A stretch of DNA of 64,000 nucleotides from an uncultured Clostridia bacterium. Lineage in GTDB: Bacteria > Bacillota > Clostridia > Oscillospirales > Acutalibacteraceae. The DNA is taken from assembly GCA_944384815.1 (NCBI GenBank), contig CALWUW010000027.1, positions 243 to 64,242 on the forward strand, read 5' to 3'. The position numbers and the translations under genes are program-made. Shown one piece after another: positions 54,722 to 64,000 of the stretch. Numbering within the stretch: the stretch's first letter is position 1; each line of letters begins with the position of its first letter. A model generated the notes under the pieces. It saw nothing but the letters and a program-made list of their open reading frames with translations, had not been told where the DNA came from and did not search any database.

Positions 54722-56107
54722 ATGGAAAAGTTTTTCAAACTTAAGGAACATGGCACTACCGTCCGCACTGAAGTTGTAGCCGGTATTACTACGTTCTTGG
54801 CAATGGCGTACATCCTGGCCGTGAACCCCCCCATGCTGGCAGCCGCCGGAATGGATTCGGGTGCTGTATTTACGGCTACGGCGGTATCCGCTGCCTTTGC
54901 TACCCTGATTATGGGCGTATTCGCCAACTACCCTGTAGCCCTGGCCTCCGGCATGGGTCTCAACGCTTATTTTGCGTACACCGTTTGCCCTGAGCTGGTA
55001 AAAATGGGAATCACGGATCCCTGGAAAATCGCTTTGACGGCGATTCTGGTAGAAGGCGTGATCTTCATTCTGCTTTCTCTGGTAAAATTCCGTGAGTCTT
55101 TGGTAAATAGTGTTCCGGCCAACGTAAAATACGGCATAACTGCCGGTATCGGCCTGTTCATTACGTTTGTAGGCCTTAAGGGTGCCGGAATGGTAAAAGA
55201 TGATCCTTCCAATCTGGTAGGCTTGGGCGACGTAGGCAGCCCGCAGGTGGCTCTGGCTTTTGTTGGCCTACTTCTCATCGGCGTTCTGTGGCATTTCCGG
55301 GTGAAGGGTGCTATCCTCATTGGCATTCTGGGCACTTGGGTGCTGGGCATAATTGCCCAGGGAATCGGCTGGTATCAGGTAAATCCTGAGGCCGGTGTGT
55401 ATTCTTTGTTCCCGGATTTCTCCCAGGGAGCAGCCGCGTTCCTGCCTCCCTCTCTTTCTTCCACGTTTTTCCAGTTCGATTTTGGATTTGTAGCCGGTCA
55501 TGCGCTGCAGTTTGCCATCATTGTGTTTGCGTTCCTGTTTGTGGATCTGTTTGACACGGTAGGAACCCTTATCGGTGTGGCGGATCAGGGCAACCTGCTG
55601 GATAAAGACGGAAAGCTGCCCAAAGCCGGAAAGGCTTTGCTTTCAGACGCTATCGGCACAGTTGCCGGTGCTTGCCTGGGTACCTCCACGGTAACCAGCT
55701 ATATCGAGTCCTGCACAGGTGTTGCGGAAGGCGGCAGAACCGGTCTCACAGCGGTTTCCACGGCTGTGATGTTCCTGCTGGCTCTGTTCCTTTCTCCCAT
55801 CTTCCTGGCGATTCCGGGCTTTGCCACTACGCCGGCCCTGATTTTTGTAGGCCTGATGATGATGAAGTCCGTTCTGAAGATGTCCTTTGACGGTGATATT
55901 GCCGATTCCATCGGCGGCTTTGTAGCCATCATCTTCATGCCCTTCACGGCTTCCATTGCCAACGGCATTATGTTTGCCATGCTGGTTTGGGTTATCCTGA
56001 AGATCTTCACCGGAAAGATTCGGGATATTCATCCGGTTATGTGGGTTTCCGCGGCGCTGTTTGTTCTGCGTATCCTCACGCTGGTGGTGCCTCAGCTTTC
56101 TATCTGA
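54722..56107 (+). CDS. NCS2/AzgA-family purine (adenine/guanine/hypoxanthine) permease
   Basis: MEKFFKLKEHGTTVRTEVVAGITTFLAMAYILAVNP is a hallmark N-terminus. The protein has ~13 hydrophobic segments. An AAAGGAG RBS is present. Confidence 0.9.
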   Translation: MEKFFKLKEHGTTVRTEVVAGITTFLAMAYILAVNPPMLAAAGMDSGAVFTATAVSAAFATLIMGVFANYPVALASGMGLNAYFAYTVCPELVKMGITDPWKIALTAILVEGVIFILLSLVKFRESLVNSVPANVKYGITAGIGLFITFVGLKGAGMVKDDPSNLVGLGDVGSPQVALAFVGLLLIGVLWHFRVKGAILIGILGTWVLGIIAQGIGWYQVNPEAGVYSLFPDFSQGAAAFLPPSLSSTFFQFDFGFVAGHALQFAIIVFAFLFVDLFDTVGTLIGVADQGNLLDKDGKLPKAGKALLSDAIGTVAGACLGTSTVTSYIESCTGVAEGGRTGLTAVSTAVMFLLALFLSPIFLAIPGFATTPALIFVGLMMMKSVLKMSFDGDIADSIGGFVAIIFMPFTASIANGIMFAMLVWVILKIFTGKIRDIHPVMWVSAALFVLRILTLVVPQLSI

Positions 56108-56131
56108 GACCCTTCCCTTCTATAAGATCTG

Positions 56132-56162
56132 CGGGCTTCCTGTAAAGGAGGCCCGTTTTTCT
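56132..56162 (+). terminator. Intrinsic terminator
   Basis: The stem CGGGCTTCC/GGAGGCCCG is followed by TTTTT. Confidence 0.7.
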
Positions 56163-56215
56163 TTGGGGGAAAGCTTGAGAGCGCAATTCTTCCCTATCCC
56201 TTTGGCCGGTGCGGA

Positions 56216-56244
56216 TTGCGAAGGGGAAAATTTTTTGCTATACT
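56216..56244 (+). promoter_or_regulatory. Sigma-A-type promoter TTGCGA-17-TATACT (with TGC extended -10)
   Basis: Read directly from the sequence. Confidence 0.55.
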
Positions 56245-56291
56245 TACAGGCAGAAAGAATCAACAGGGAAGAAAGGAAAAGGTTTACCTCT

Positions 56292-57014
56292 ATGCCCAGA
56301 TTTTTTATAGATTATGAGCCGGGAAAAATGGCGGAGATCTCCGGAGAAGACGGGCGGCACATTGCCCGCTCTTTGCGGATGCAGCCCGGGGAAGAGCTGA
56401 CCCTTTGCGACGGCCGGGGAAAGGACTACCAGTGCCGCATCCTTCGGATTCAGGGAGATACGGTTGAGGCTGAGGTGCTCAGCGTACAGCCCACGTTGGC
56501 GGAACCTACCGTGCAGGTGACGTTATATCAGGGGCTGCCCAAGTCCGACAAATTTGAATGGGTGGTGCAGAAAGCGGTGGAGCTGGGAGTGACCCGGATC
56601 GTCCCTGTGCTTACCGCCCGGTGTGTCTCCCGTCCGGACGATCGCTCCATGGCCAAAAAGCAGGAACGCTGGCAGAAAATTGCCCAGGAAGCCGCCAAGC
56701 AAAGCGGACGGGGCATTCTTCCTGTGGTGGGCGAAAAGCAGACGTTTTCCCAGGCGTTGGAAGAAGGGTGCTGCCGGCAAAAGGCGCTTTTGTTTTATGA
56801 AGGCGGCGGAGAACGAATCGTCCATCTGGTGGAGGAAGGGATCCAAAGCCTTTCCTTGTTTATTGGCCCGGAGGGAGGGTTTGCGCCGGAAGAAGTGCAG
56901 TTGGCCAAAGAGATGGGCGTTTTCATCGCCACGTTAGGGCCTCGGATCCTGCGGACGGAAACGGCCCCCCTGGCGGCCTTGGCCGGGATCATGCAGGCCA
57001 CAGGGAATCTTTAA
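56292..57014 (+). CDS. rsmE: 16S rRNA (uracil1498-N3)-methyltransferase
   Basis: MPRFFI..., the PUA-like N-terminus and the C-terminal block LFIGPEGGFAPEEV...LGPRILRTETA are present. Confidence 0.85.
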   Translation: MPRFFIDYEPGKMAEISGEDGRHIARSLRMQPGEELTLCDGRGKDYQCRILRIQGDTVEAEVLSVQPTLAEPTVQVTLYQGLPKSDKFEWVVQKAVELGVTRIVPVLTARCVSRPDDRSMAKKQERWQKIAQEAAKQSGRGILPVVGEKQTFSQALEEGCCRQKALLFYEGGGERIVHLVEEGIQSLSLFIGPEGGFAPEEVQLAKEMGVFIATLGPRILRTETAPLAALAGIMQATGNL

Positions 57015-57029
57015 AATGGAGGAATGAAC

Positions 57030-57752
57030 ATGAAAACCGCCTTAGTCACAGGAGGAAGCCGGGGAATCGGCAGAGCCGTCTGCCGGCAGCTGGCTCAGGA
57101 CGGATACCGTGTGATCATTGGCTGCTGTTCCCATTTGGAGCAAGGGCTGGAGCTGCAGCGGGAGCTGGAGGAAAAAACCGGGCTGGAGCATCGAGCTATC
57201 CAGGCGGATCTTCGCCGGGAGGAAGAAATTGCCCGTTTGTTCCAGGAGGCGGGGCCGGTGGACCTGCTGGTGAATAACGCAGGCATTGCCCGGCAAACGT
57301 TGTTTACCGATGTTTCCGCGGAAGAATGGGATGATCTGTTTGCGGTGAACGTTCGAGGGGCTTTTCTGTGCACCCGTTACGCCCTGCCGGAGATGATCCG
57401 GAAAAAAGAAGGGTGCGTGATTTTTATTTCCTCCATGTGGGGGCAGGTGGGCGCTTCCTGCGAGGCGGTGTACTCGGCATCCAAGGCGGCGCTGATCGGC
57501 CTGACCAAGGCTCTGGCCAAGGAAGAAGGGCCTTCCGGCATTCGGGTCAACTGCATTGCCCCGGGGGTGATCCATACAGAGATGAACGCTGGGCTTTCTT
57601 CGGAAGACCTGGAAGCCTTGCGACAGGAAACGCCCCTGGAACGGATCGGGACCCCGGAGGATATTGCCCGGGCGGTGAGTTTCCTGGCCGGGGAAAAGGC
57701 CTCTTTTATCACCGGGCAGGTGTTGGGGGTCAATGGGGGCTTTGTGATCTAA
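57030..57752 (+). CDS. SDR-family oxidoreductase (FabG-like)
   Basis: TGGSRGIGRA and YSASKAA are present. A GGAGGA RBS lies 6 nt before the ATG at 57030. Confidence 0.85.
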   Translation: MKTALVTGGSRGIGRAVCRQLAQDGYRVIIGCCSHLEQGLELQRELEEKTGLEHRAIQADLRREEEIARLFQEAGPVDLLVNNAGIARQTLFTDVSAEEWDDLFAVNVRGAFLCTRYALPEMIRKKEGCVIFISSMWGQVGASCEAVYSASKAALIGLTKALAKEEGPSGIRVNCIAPGVIHTEMNAGLSSEDLEALRQETPLERIGTPEDIARAVSFLAGEKASFITGQVLGVNGGFVI

Positions 57753-57791
57753 AACGGAAACAGCGGAAACGTTCAGAAGCGAGAGCAAAAG

Positions 57792-57823
57792 AAAAAGGCA
57801 GGCTGCGTGCAGCCTGCCTTTTT
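57792..57823. terminator. Bidirectional intrinsic terminator
   Basis: The stem AAAAAGGCAGGCTGC/GCAGCCTGCCTTTTT is present. Confidence 0.85.
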
Positions 57824-57832
57824 GGATGAAAT

Positions 57833-58723
57833 TTACTGCCTTTGGTGGGAAAGGGGGAGGAGAAACTGCTGCCGGTATTGAAAAGGGGTCACATGGTAAG
57901 CTTCTTTGAATTTACGGATAAAGTAGCTGGTGTTTTCCATGCCTACGGCCAGAGCAATATCCACCACCTTTTCCCGGGTGGTGCGAAGCAGCAGGGCGGC
58001 TTTTTCCAGGCGAAGATCGTTTAAATACCGGGTAAAAGGTTTCCCCAGATTCTCCCGGAACCAAAAGCAAAAATATTTGGGGGACATATGAAATTCCCCG
58101 GCGATCTGAGAAAGGGAGACTGATGCGCTGTAATGGGTTTCCAGGTAAGAAAGCACCTGGCGGATCAGCCGGCTTTTTTCCTCCGGCGCCTGGGCGGCAG
58201 TGCCTCCCGGCAAAAGTTTTTTCTCCAAAAGCAGGGAGGAAAGAATTTCCAAAAGAGAAACCCGAACCGCCAGCTCATACCCGTAGGGCCGCAGGGCGTC
58301 CAGACGGCAGATCCGGGAGAAAAGCTCCGGCAGCGGCTGGCGCTGCTCCCCTGCAGGAAGGGATTGGGGAAGAAGCAGCCCGCCTTGCAGCAGCGGCTCC
58401 AGGTACTGTTGCCAGGCGGCGTCGTGAAGGGCAAATGCCAGGCTTTCCAAGGGGAAAATCAGGGCGCAGTAATCGGTTTCCTCCCTGGAAACGGACATGG
58501 CGTGAAGCTGCTCCGGAGCAATGAAAAAAAGATCTCCGGCAGTGCCGGTGTAAGACTGATCCCCGATGGTAATGGAGAGGCGCCCCTGGCGGACATGGAT
58601 CCACTCCGCTTCTTCATGCCAATGGTAGGAGACGTAGCTTAATCGGGTGTGGGGAGGGGTCTCGTAAATCTCCAGGGGATATAGCGGGGTTCCGTGCTGT
58701 TTTGGCTCCCGAAGGGAAGGCAT
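57833..58723 (-). CDS. AraC-family transcriptional regulator (cupin sensor plus HTH)
   Basis: The C-terminus carries a double HTH (SLSQIAGEFHMSPKYFCFWFR...VVDIALAVGMENTSYFIRKFK). Confidence 0.85.
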   Translation of the reverse strand: MPSLREPKQHGTPLYPLEIYETPPHTRLSYVSYHWHEEAEWIHVRQGRLSITIGDQSYTGTAGDLFFIAPEQLHAMSVSREETDYCALIFPLESLAFALHDAAWQQYLEPLLQGGLLLPQSLPAGEQRQPLPELFSRICRLDALRPYGYELAVRVSLLEILSSLLLEKKLLPGGTAAQAPEEKSRLIRQVLSYLETHYSASVSLSQIAGEFHMSPKYFCFWFRENLGKPFTRYLNDLRLEKAALLLRTTREKVVDIALAVGMENTSYFIRKFKEAYHVTPFQYRQQFLLPLSHQRQ

Positions 58724-58879
58724 AGGCGCTCCTTTCTATTTTCGGAAAAAGGTTCCCTTTCCGGAAATCTATGGAAATTGTGTTATTTTTATCTGGATTT
58801 TTTGCAAGAAAAGGGAGAAATCCATTGATATACTGTTATTATAGACCACGGAAAAATTTTTTGCAACGGAGGGATTTTT

Positions 58880-60433
58880 ATGCCTGCATGGCTGGACAAC
58901 GCTATTTTTTATGAAATCTACCCCCAAAGCTTTCTGGACACTAACTCCGACGGGATCGGTGATTTCCAGGGGATCATCCGTAAGCTGGATTACATCCGGG
59001 AATTGGGCTGCAATGCCCTTTGGCTGAACCCTTGCTACGAATCCCCGTTTTTTGACGCCGGCTACGACGTTTCCGACTACCGGAAAGCGGCGCCCCGCTA
59101 CGGAACCAACGACGATCTCCGGCAGCTGTTTGACGAAGCCCATAAACGGGGAATGCACGTGCTTCTGGACTTGGTCCCCGGGCACACTTCCATCCGCCAC
59201 CCCTGGTTTCTGGAATCCATGAAGAAGGAAAAAAATCCCTATACGGACCGGTATATCTGGACGGACAGCGTGTGGAACCATTTTGAAGGGATCCAAAATA
59301 TTACCGGAAGCATCGGCGGCTTTTGCGATCGGGACGCCTCCTGCGCCGTGAACTATTACTCCACCCAGCCGGCGCTGAATTACGGCTTTGCGTCCCCCAG
59401 CCAGCCCTGGCAAAGCGGACCGGAAGATCCCGGCCCTATGGCCACCCGGGAAGCTATGAAGGACATTATGCGCTTCTGGCTTTCCATGGGCTGCGACGGA
59501 TTCCGGGTGGATATGGCGGGATCCTTGGTGAAGAACGATGAGGATGGCCGGGAGACGGTGCGCCTCTGGCAGGATTTCCGGGCATTTTTGGACAAAGAGT
59601 TCCCGGAAGCGGCGATGATCTCCGAGTGGGGCCAGCCGGATAAATCCCTGGCAGGCGGTTTCCACATGGATTTCCTTCTCCATTTCGGCCCTTCCCATTA
59701 CATGGATCTGTTCCGGGGAGAGCACCCGTATTTTTCCCGGGAAGGGAAAGGAAACGCCGGGGAATTTGTCCGCCGGTATGTGGAAAACTACGAAAAGACC
59801 AACGGCAAAGGGCTGATCTGCATTCCTTCCAGCAACCATGATATGCCTCGCCTTCAGGCAAAGCTGGATGAAGAAGAGCGGAAACTGGCGTTTGCGTTCC
59901 TGCTTTCCGTTCCCGGCGCTCCGTTCCTGTATTACGGAGACGAGATCGGCATGCGATATCTGGAAGGGATCCCCTCGGTGGAAGGCGGGCTGGAGAGAAC
60001 CGGTTCCCGCACGCCCATGCAGTGGGATAGCTCCCTGAACGCCGGGTTCTCCTGCGCCTGCCCGGAGCAGCTGTATATTGGCCTGGATCCGGATCCGGAC
60101 CGCCCCACGGTAGAAAACCAAATGGCTCGCCCGGATTCCTTGTATCAGGAGATCCGGAAGCTGACGGCCCTTCGGCAAAGCCATGAGGCGCTGCAGAGCA
60201 AAGCGCCTATTACGTTCCTGTATGTGCAGGAAAACGCGTATCCTTTGGTGTACCAGCGGCAGGGAAAAGAGGAGACCATCGTAGTGGCTTTGAATCCTTC
60301 CGGTGAGGCGGTTTCCTGCCCGGTGAATGCCCCGGACGGAAAACAGATCCTCTATTCCTGCAACGGAGAAGCCACACTGAAAGACGGGCGCCTGGAAATG
60401 CCCCCCGCCAGCGTCAGCTTTATTCTGGTGTGA
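58880..60433 (+). CDS. GH13 alpha-amylase-family glycosidase (alpha-glucosidase/oligo-1,6-glucosidase-like)
   Basis: The blocks DGIGDFQGI, GYDVSDY, DGFRVDMA, ISEWG and SNHDMPR are present. Confidence 0.9.
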   Translation: MPAWLDNAIFYEIYPQSFLDTNSDGIGDFQGIIRKLDYIRELGCNALWLNPCYESPFFDAGYDVSDYRKAAPRYGTNDDLRQLFDEAHKRGMHVLLDLVPGHTSIRHPWFLESMKKEKNPYTDRYIWTDSVWNHFEGIQNITGSIGGFCDRDASCAVNYYSTQPALNYGFASPSQPWQSGPEDPGPMATREAMKDIMRFWLSMGCDGFRVDMAGSLVKNDEDGRETVRLWQDFRAFLDKEFPEAAMISEWGQPDKSLAGGFHMDFLLHFGPSHYMDLFRGEHPYFSREGKGNAGEFVRRYVENYEKTNGKGLICIPSSNHDMPRLQAKLDEEERKLAFAFLLSVPGAPFLYYGDEIGMRYLEGIPSVEGGLERTGSRTPMQWDSSLNAGFSCACPEQLYIGLDPDPDRPTVENQMARPDSLYQEIRKLTALRQSHEALQSKAPITFLYVQENAYPLVYQRQGKEETIVVALNPSGEAVSCPVNAPDGKQILYSCNGEATLKDGRLEMPPASVSFILV

Positions 60434-60437
60434 TAAA

Positions 60438-60530
60438 CTTTTGCCTTTGCCTTTGCTTTTGGCTGAAATACCTTCGCCTGAAATGGCTTCGACGAAAATC
60501 TCTCAGCTCAAAATAATTTCGCCGAAAAGC
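60438..60530. repeat. Drifting tandem repeats (TTTGCC 6-mers, then TGAAAT..CTTCGCC ~15-mers)
   Basis: The sequence reads CTTTTGCC TTTGCC TTTGCT TTTGGC TGAAATACC TTCGCC TGAAATGGC TTCGAC GAAAATCTC .... Confidence 0.75.
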
Positions 60531-60566
60531 AAAACCCGCCTGCGTGCTTCGCTCAGGCGGGTTTTT
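60531..60566. terminator. Bidirectional intrinsic terminator
   Basis: The stem AAAACCCGCCTG/CAGGCGGGTTTT is present. Confidence 0.8.
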
Positions 60567-60589
60567 ATGTATTATAGGATGTATGAGGC

Positions 60590-61969
60590 TTATTGGAATT
60601 TGTTTTCGTCGCACGCTTCGGCCACTTTCATCATAATGGCGCATTCAATGCGTTTTTTGTGCAGCTGGCAGCCCATTTCATACACGCCGGTGACTTTCCC
60701 CGTGGTATGATAGGCGTTGGCGGCGCAGCCGCCGCTGCAATACAGCCGGGCGAAGCAATCCTTGCATTCTTCGTGGGCGTATACATTGCACAGCTTGAAT
60801 TCGTCGCAGGCGCTTTGGTTGGTGATACCCTGGAACACGTTGCCCAAGAGGAATTCCGGTTCCCCTACAAACTGATGGCAGGGGTAGAGATCTCCGCAGG
60901 GGGTCACCGCCATGTATTCCGTGCCTACGCCGCAGCCGGAAATCCGCTTAACGATGCAGGGGCCTCCGGTAAGGTCAATGGAATAGTGGTAGAAATGGAA
61001 GCCGTTGCCGTTTCTGCGGCGGCGGATCATTTCCACAGCCAGCTTCTCGTATTCCTCCAGAAGCTTGGGAAGATCTTCCGGTTTCAGCGCATAAGGCGCG
61101 TTGGGCTCCGCCACCACCGGCTCCATGGAAAGCTCCTTAAAGCCCAGGTCCGCCAGGTGGAGAATGTCATTGGAAAAGTCCGTATTGTAATGGGTATAGG
61201 TGCCCCGGATGTAATAATCCTTCTGCTCCCGGCGTTTGGCCATTTCCAGGAATTTGGGGACGATCAGATCGTAGGAACCTTTTCCGTTGCGGAAGGGGCG
61301 CATACGGTCGTTGACCTCTTTTCGCCCGTCGATGCTCAGCACCACGTTGGACATTTCCCGGTTGGCAAAATCCATCACTTCTTCATCCAGCAGCACGCCA
61401 TTGGTTGTGAGGGTGAAACGGAAATTCTTGCCGTGCTTCTTTTCCAGCTCCCGGCCATAGGCCACAAGATCTTTTACCACCTGGAAATTCAGCAAGGGCT
61501 CTCCGCCAAAAAAATCCACTTCCAGATTTTTCCGGGTCCCGGAATTTTCCACCAGGAAATCCAGCGCTCGTTTTCCCACTTCCAGGGACATCAGGGAGCG
61601 TTCCCCCTTGTATTCTCCTTCTTCCGCGAAGCAGTATTTGCAGGCCATATTGCAGTCGTGAGCCACATGGAGACACAGCGCCTTAACCACGGACTGCCGC
61701 TTTTTGAAATCAAAGGCCATATCCCGGAAGGGATCCTCCGCAAACAGCTTTCCCTGCTCTTTCAGCTCCTGAATATCGCTGAAAATATCCTCCACGTCCT
61801 GAACGGTGACATCCGGATAGGTCTCCAGGATCTGAGCTGTAATCGCGTCCTTTTCCATGGTTTCATACAGGCGGATCACGTCAAAGGCCACATCGTCCAC
61901 GGAATGGATGCTTCCGCTATTTACATCCAGTATAATATTATATCCATTTAACTTATAGGCATGAATCAT
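60590..61969 (-). CDS. Radical SAM/SPASM thioether-forming SCIFF peptide maturase
   Basis: The radical SAM motif CNMACKYCF and a Cys-rich SPASM C-terminus are present, and the gene lies directly downstream of a SCIFF precursor gene. Confidence 0.85.
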   Translation of the reverse strand: MIHAYKLNGYNIILDVNSGSIHSVDDVAFDVIRLYETMEKDAITAQILETYPDVTVQDVEDIFSDIQELKEQGKLFAEDPFRDMAFDFKKRQSVVKALCLHVAHDCNMACKYCFAEEGEYKGERSLMSLEVGKRALDFLVENSGTRKNLEVDFFGGEPLLNFQVVKDLVAYGRELEKKHGKNFRFTLTTNGVLLDEEVMDFANREMSNVVLSIDGRKEVNDRMRPFRNGKGSYDLIVPKFLEMAKRREQKDYYIRGTYTHYNTDFSNDILHLADLGFKELSMEPVVAEPNAPYALKPEDLPKLLEEYEKLAVEMIRRRRNGNGFHFYHYSIDLTGGPCIVKRISGCGVGTEYMAVTPCGDLYPCHQFVGEPEFLLGNVFQGITNQSACDEFKLCNVYAHEECKDCFARLYCSGGCAANAYHTTGKVTGVYEMGCQLHKKRIECAIMMKVAEACDENKFQ

Positions 61970-62050
61970 GGCTTGTTTCCTTTCTGAATCCGGAAGTTTT
62001 CAGCAAATCGGCTGCGCAGAAAGAGACTTCCGGAAAATGGCTCCACGCAG

Positions 62051-62106
62051 AAAAAAGCTGTATGCTGTTCTCCGGCCACGGGCACAGGAGGCACACAGCA
62101 TACAGC
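62051..62106 (-). terminator. Hairpin plus U-tract between the precursor and maturase genes (partial terminator or attenuator)
   Basis: On the minus strand, GCTGTATGCT ... AGCATACAGC forms a 10-bp stem followed by TTTTTT. Confidence 0.55.
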
Positions 62107-62123
62107 CTACAGCACTTCGTTTC

Positions 62124-62276
62124 TTACTTCTGCTTCTTGCACTGTTCGCACTGCTGATTGGCTACGCTGCAGGAAGTTTTGCTGGCAGACTGGCAAGAAG
62201 TCTGGCATTCGCCGCAGCCGCCTTTCTTCGCGGACTCCACAAGATTTCTGGTTTCCAAAGTTTGGATTCTTTTCAT
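62124..62276 (-). CDS. SCIFF (six-cysteines-in-forty-five) ribosomal peptide precursor, 50 aa
   Basis: The sequence is MKRIQTLETRNLVESAKKGGCGECQTSCQSASKTSCSVANQQCEQCKKQK. An AGAGGG RBS is present. The track ORF (81 aa) starts too early. Confidence 0.85.
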   Translation of the reverse strand: MKRIQTLETRNLVESAKKGGCGECQTSCQSASKTSCSVANQQCEQCKKQK

Positions 62277-62340
62277 GGGGACACCCTCTTTCCATCGTAT
62301 TCCATTCTGCCCGCAGGCAGAGATTTCAAGACACACACTT

Positions 62341-62369
62341 ATTTTAGTGTATTTTCTCTTTTCTGTCAA
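62341..62369 (-). promoter_or_regulatory. Consensus-like sigma-A promoter (TTGACA-17-TAAAAT on the minus strand) for the SCIFF gene
   Basis: Read directly on the minus strand. Confidence 0.65.
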
Positions 62370-62411
62370 CTGTTTGCGGTCATCCGGCGGGAAAAGAAAA
62401 CAAAGCCGGAG

Positions 62412-63851
62412 TTAGGAGCAAACCAGAATGCGGCCGTCCCACAGGCCGCCGGGGCTTTGCACTTCCAGCCCCGCTCTTTGGAAGGCGAAAAGAGTTTCCA
62501 CCGCTTCCCTGGAAACAATCTCTCCGGGCAGCAGAAGAGGAATTCCCGGCGGGTAGGGGCTGATGGCTTCCAAAGAGCGAAGCCCCACCGCCGCTTCCGC
62601 CTGCACCCGTTCTCCCGAAACCCGCTCCGGCAGGGAAAAATCACAGGGGGTGCTTCCCAGCCCGCAGGGGAAGGGAGGCAGGCGTTTTTGGCAGGGAGAA
62701 AAGGAAGGAGCCTTAGCGTCCATGGACAAAAGGGCCGTTTCCAAACGGGAAAATCCTTCCGGCGTATCGCAGAAGCTGGTCATAGCCAAAGCGTAGATCA
62801 GGGAGGCCATCTCCAGCTGAATGGAAAATTCCCGGCGCATTTTCTGGGCGATGTCCTGGCCGGTGAGAGAAGAGCTTCCTGTAAGCATCACGATCTTATC
62901 CGGATCCATGGCAAAAAATGAGGGGTGGTTTTCAAGGGAATCCTTCCCCTTGCAGAGAATGGAAAGCCGGGAAAGAGCGTTCATTTTCCGGGAAAACGCC
63001 AGCAGACGCTGCCGGTGCTGCAGAAAACGCTCTTTGGATGCTTCCAGATGATGGCAGCAACGGTCAATACTTTCCATCAGCACGTAGGAGGGGCTACTGG
63101 TTTGCAGAGAGGCCCAGTATTTTTTCACCCGCTGCCAAGGGATGCGGCTGCCTTGCCCGTGAAGCAGGGTGGTTTGGGTCAGCGCCGGGAGAGTCTTGTG
63201 GAGACTTTGCACCACCAGGTCCGCCCCGGCGTCCACAGCGCTGAAGGAGGGTTCCCCAGCCCAAAGGGCAAAGTGCAGATGGGCTCCATGGGCTTCGTCC
63301 ACCAAAACCGGCACGCCCCGGGCGTGGGCTGTTTTCGCAATAGCCGCCACAGGGCTGATAACGCCTTCATAGGTGGGGGAAGTCAGGATCACCAGCCGGA
63401 TCTCCGGGTGCAGCTCCAAGGCCTCTTCCACGTCTTTTGGGGAAATGGATCCGGGAATGCCGGTTCCTTCGTCCAGAGGGGGAGAAAGAAGAAAGGCCTT
63501 TGCTCCCCGGAGAGAAAGGGCGTTGTATACGGATTTGTGGCAATTTCGGGCCACCAAAGCGGTTTCCCCCGGAGAAAGCGCGGCAAAAACAGCGGTGAAA
63601 ATTCCGCCAGTGCTTCCATTTACCCCAAAAAGGCAGTGAGAGCTTCCCCAAAGGGCCGCCGCGTGGTCCATGCTTTCTTTCAGTATACCGGAAGCGGTAT
63701 AAAGATTATCCAGCCCCTCCACTTCGGTGTAATCCTGAAGATAGGGGTTGCAGGGGGCGCCGGTCTCCTGGGAATTCCGCTTATGCCCGGGCATATGAAA
63801 AGGGTAGATCCCTTCTTGATTGTATTGGTTAAAAACATCCTGCAGGGTCAT
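62412..63851 (-). CDS. PLP-dependent Orn/Lys/Arg decarboxylase-family enzyme
   Basis: FHMPGHK and SLHKTLPALTQ (the PLP lysine) are present, and the protein is ~480 aa. Confidence 0.8.
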   Translation of the reverse strand: MTLQDVFNQYNQEGIYPFHMPGHKRNSQETGAPCNPYLQDYTEVEGLDNLYTASGILKESMDHAAALWGSSHCLFGVNGSTGGIFTAVFAALSPGETALVARNCHKSVYNALSLRGAKAFLLSPPLDEGTGIPGSISPKDVEEALELHPEIRLVILTSPTYEGVISPVAAIAKTAHARGVPVLVDEAHGAHLHFALWAGEPSFSAVDAGADLVVQSLHKTLPALTQTTLLHGQGSRIPWQRVKKYWASLQTSSPSYVLMESIDRCCHHLEASKERFLQHRQRLLAFSRKMNALSRLSILCKGKDSLENHPSFFAMDPDKIVMLTGSSSLTGQDIAQKMRREFSIQLEMASLIYALAMTSFCDTPEGFSRLETALLSMDAKAPSFSPCQKRLPPFPCGLGSTPCDFSLPERVSGERVQAEAAVGLRSLEAISPYPPGIPLLLPGEIVSREAVETLFAFQRAGLEVQSPGGLWDGRILVCS

Positions 63852-64000
63852 AAAAAACTCCTATCGACTGTGGTTTATGGTTTATGGGTTATGGCCATGG
63901 GGTTTCGGGAAAAGGGAACCCAAACCAGCATTTTTCTGAGCAGCTGGTGCAGCCATTGGTTTTTGGGAAAGGTTAAAAAGAAACCAGAGGAAGAAATTCT

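Noticed and set aside
61968-62921. A 317-codon + strand ORF covering the SCIFF locus and the end of the decarboxylase gene.
   Set aside because: It is antisense to the SCIFF precursor, its promoter and the decarboxylase gene, and it has no motifs.

Overview
This 64-kb window looks like chromosome from a moderately GC-rich Firmicute of clostridial type. That placement is an inference from the SCIFF peptide and maturase, the FabK-type fab operon in fabT-fabH-acpP-fabK-fabD-fabG-fabF-accB-fabZ-accC-accD-accA order, TnpV, the MBOAT/DHHW genes and the many lipobox proteins. I call 57 protein-coding genes and see no rRNA, tRNA or CRISPR array. From left to right: (1) the end of an integrated mobile element (partial hsdM, XRE regulator, TnpV) next to gluQ; (2) an ECF sigma/anti-sigma operon followed by two lipoprotein paralogues of the anti-sigma ectodomain, a ~220-aa domain I cannot assign to a family; (3) a DUF815 ATPase with a BtuF-like binding protein fused to a peptidoglycan-binding domain; (4) three tandem, separately promoted orphan LplA-type solute-binding lipoproteins; (5) NlpC/P60, galE and galK; (6) a LacI-DUF4867-xylulokinase-FucI-like sugar cluster; (7) a second ECF sigma/anti-sigma pair with a small lipoprotein, an MBOAT and a DHHW protein (envelope O-acylation module); (8) a third ECF sigma with an anti-sigma carrying a degenerate LytM domain; (9) a LexA-box-controlled two-gene unit (70-aa protein plus a sigma region-4 HTH protein); (10) ybjQ and a membrane protein whose frame is broken by one in-frame UGA followed directly by a perfect hairpin; (11) an ~11-kb fab/acc operon ending in degV; (12) secA; (13) a NifU-like plus GGGtGRT gene pair; (14) a sensor-GGDEF(degenerate)-EAL protein; (15) a purine permease with a long leader; (16) rsmE, an SDR, and AraC with a GH13 enzyme; (17) a SCIFF RiPP locus; (18) a PLP decarboxylase. 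The most unusual non-coding signal is at least a dozen strictly intergenic arrays of drifting 7-9-nt tandem repeats. The very long antisense ORFs in the track (up to 1116 codons) are judged to be shadow ORFs. All family names come from motif recognition by eye, and no database search was run.
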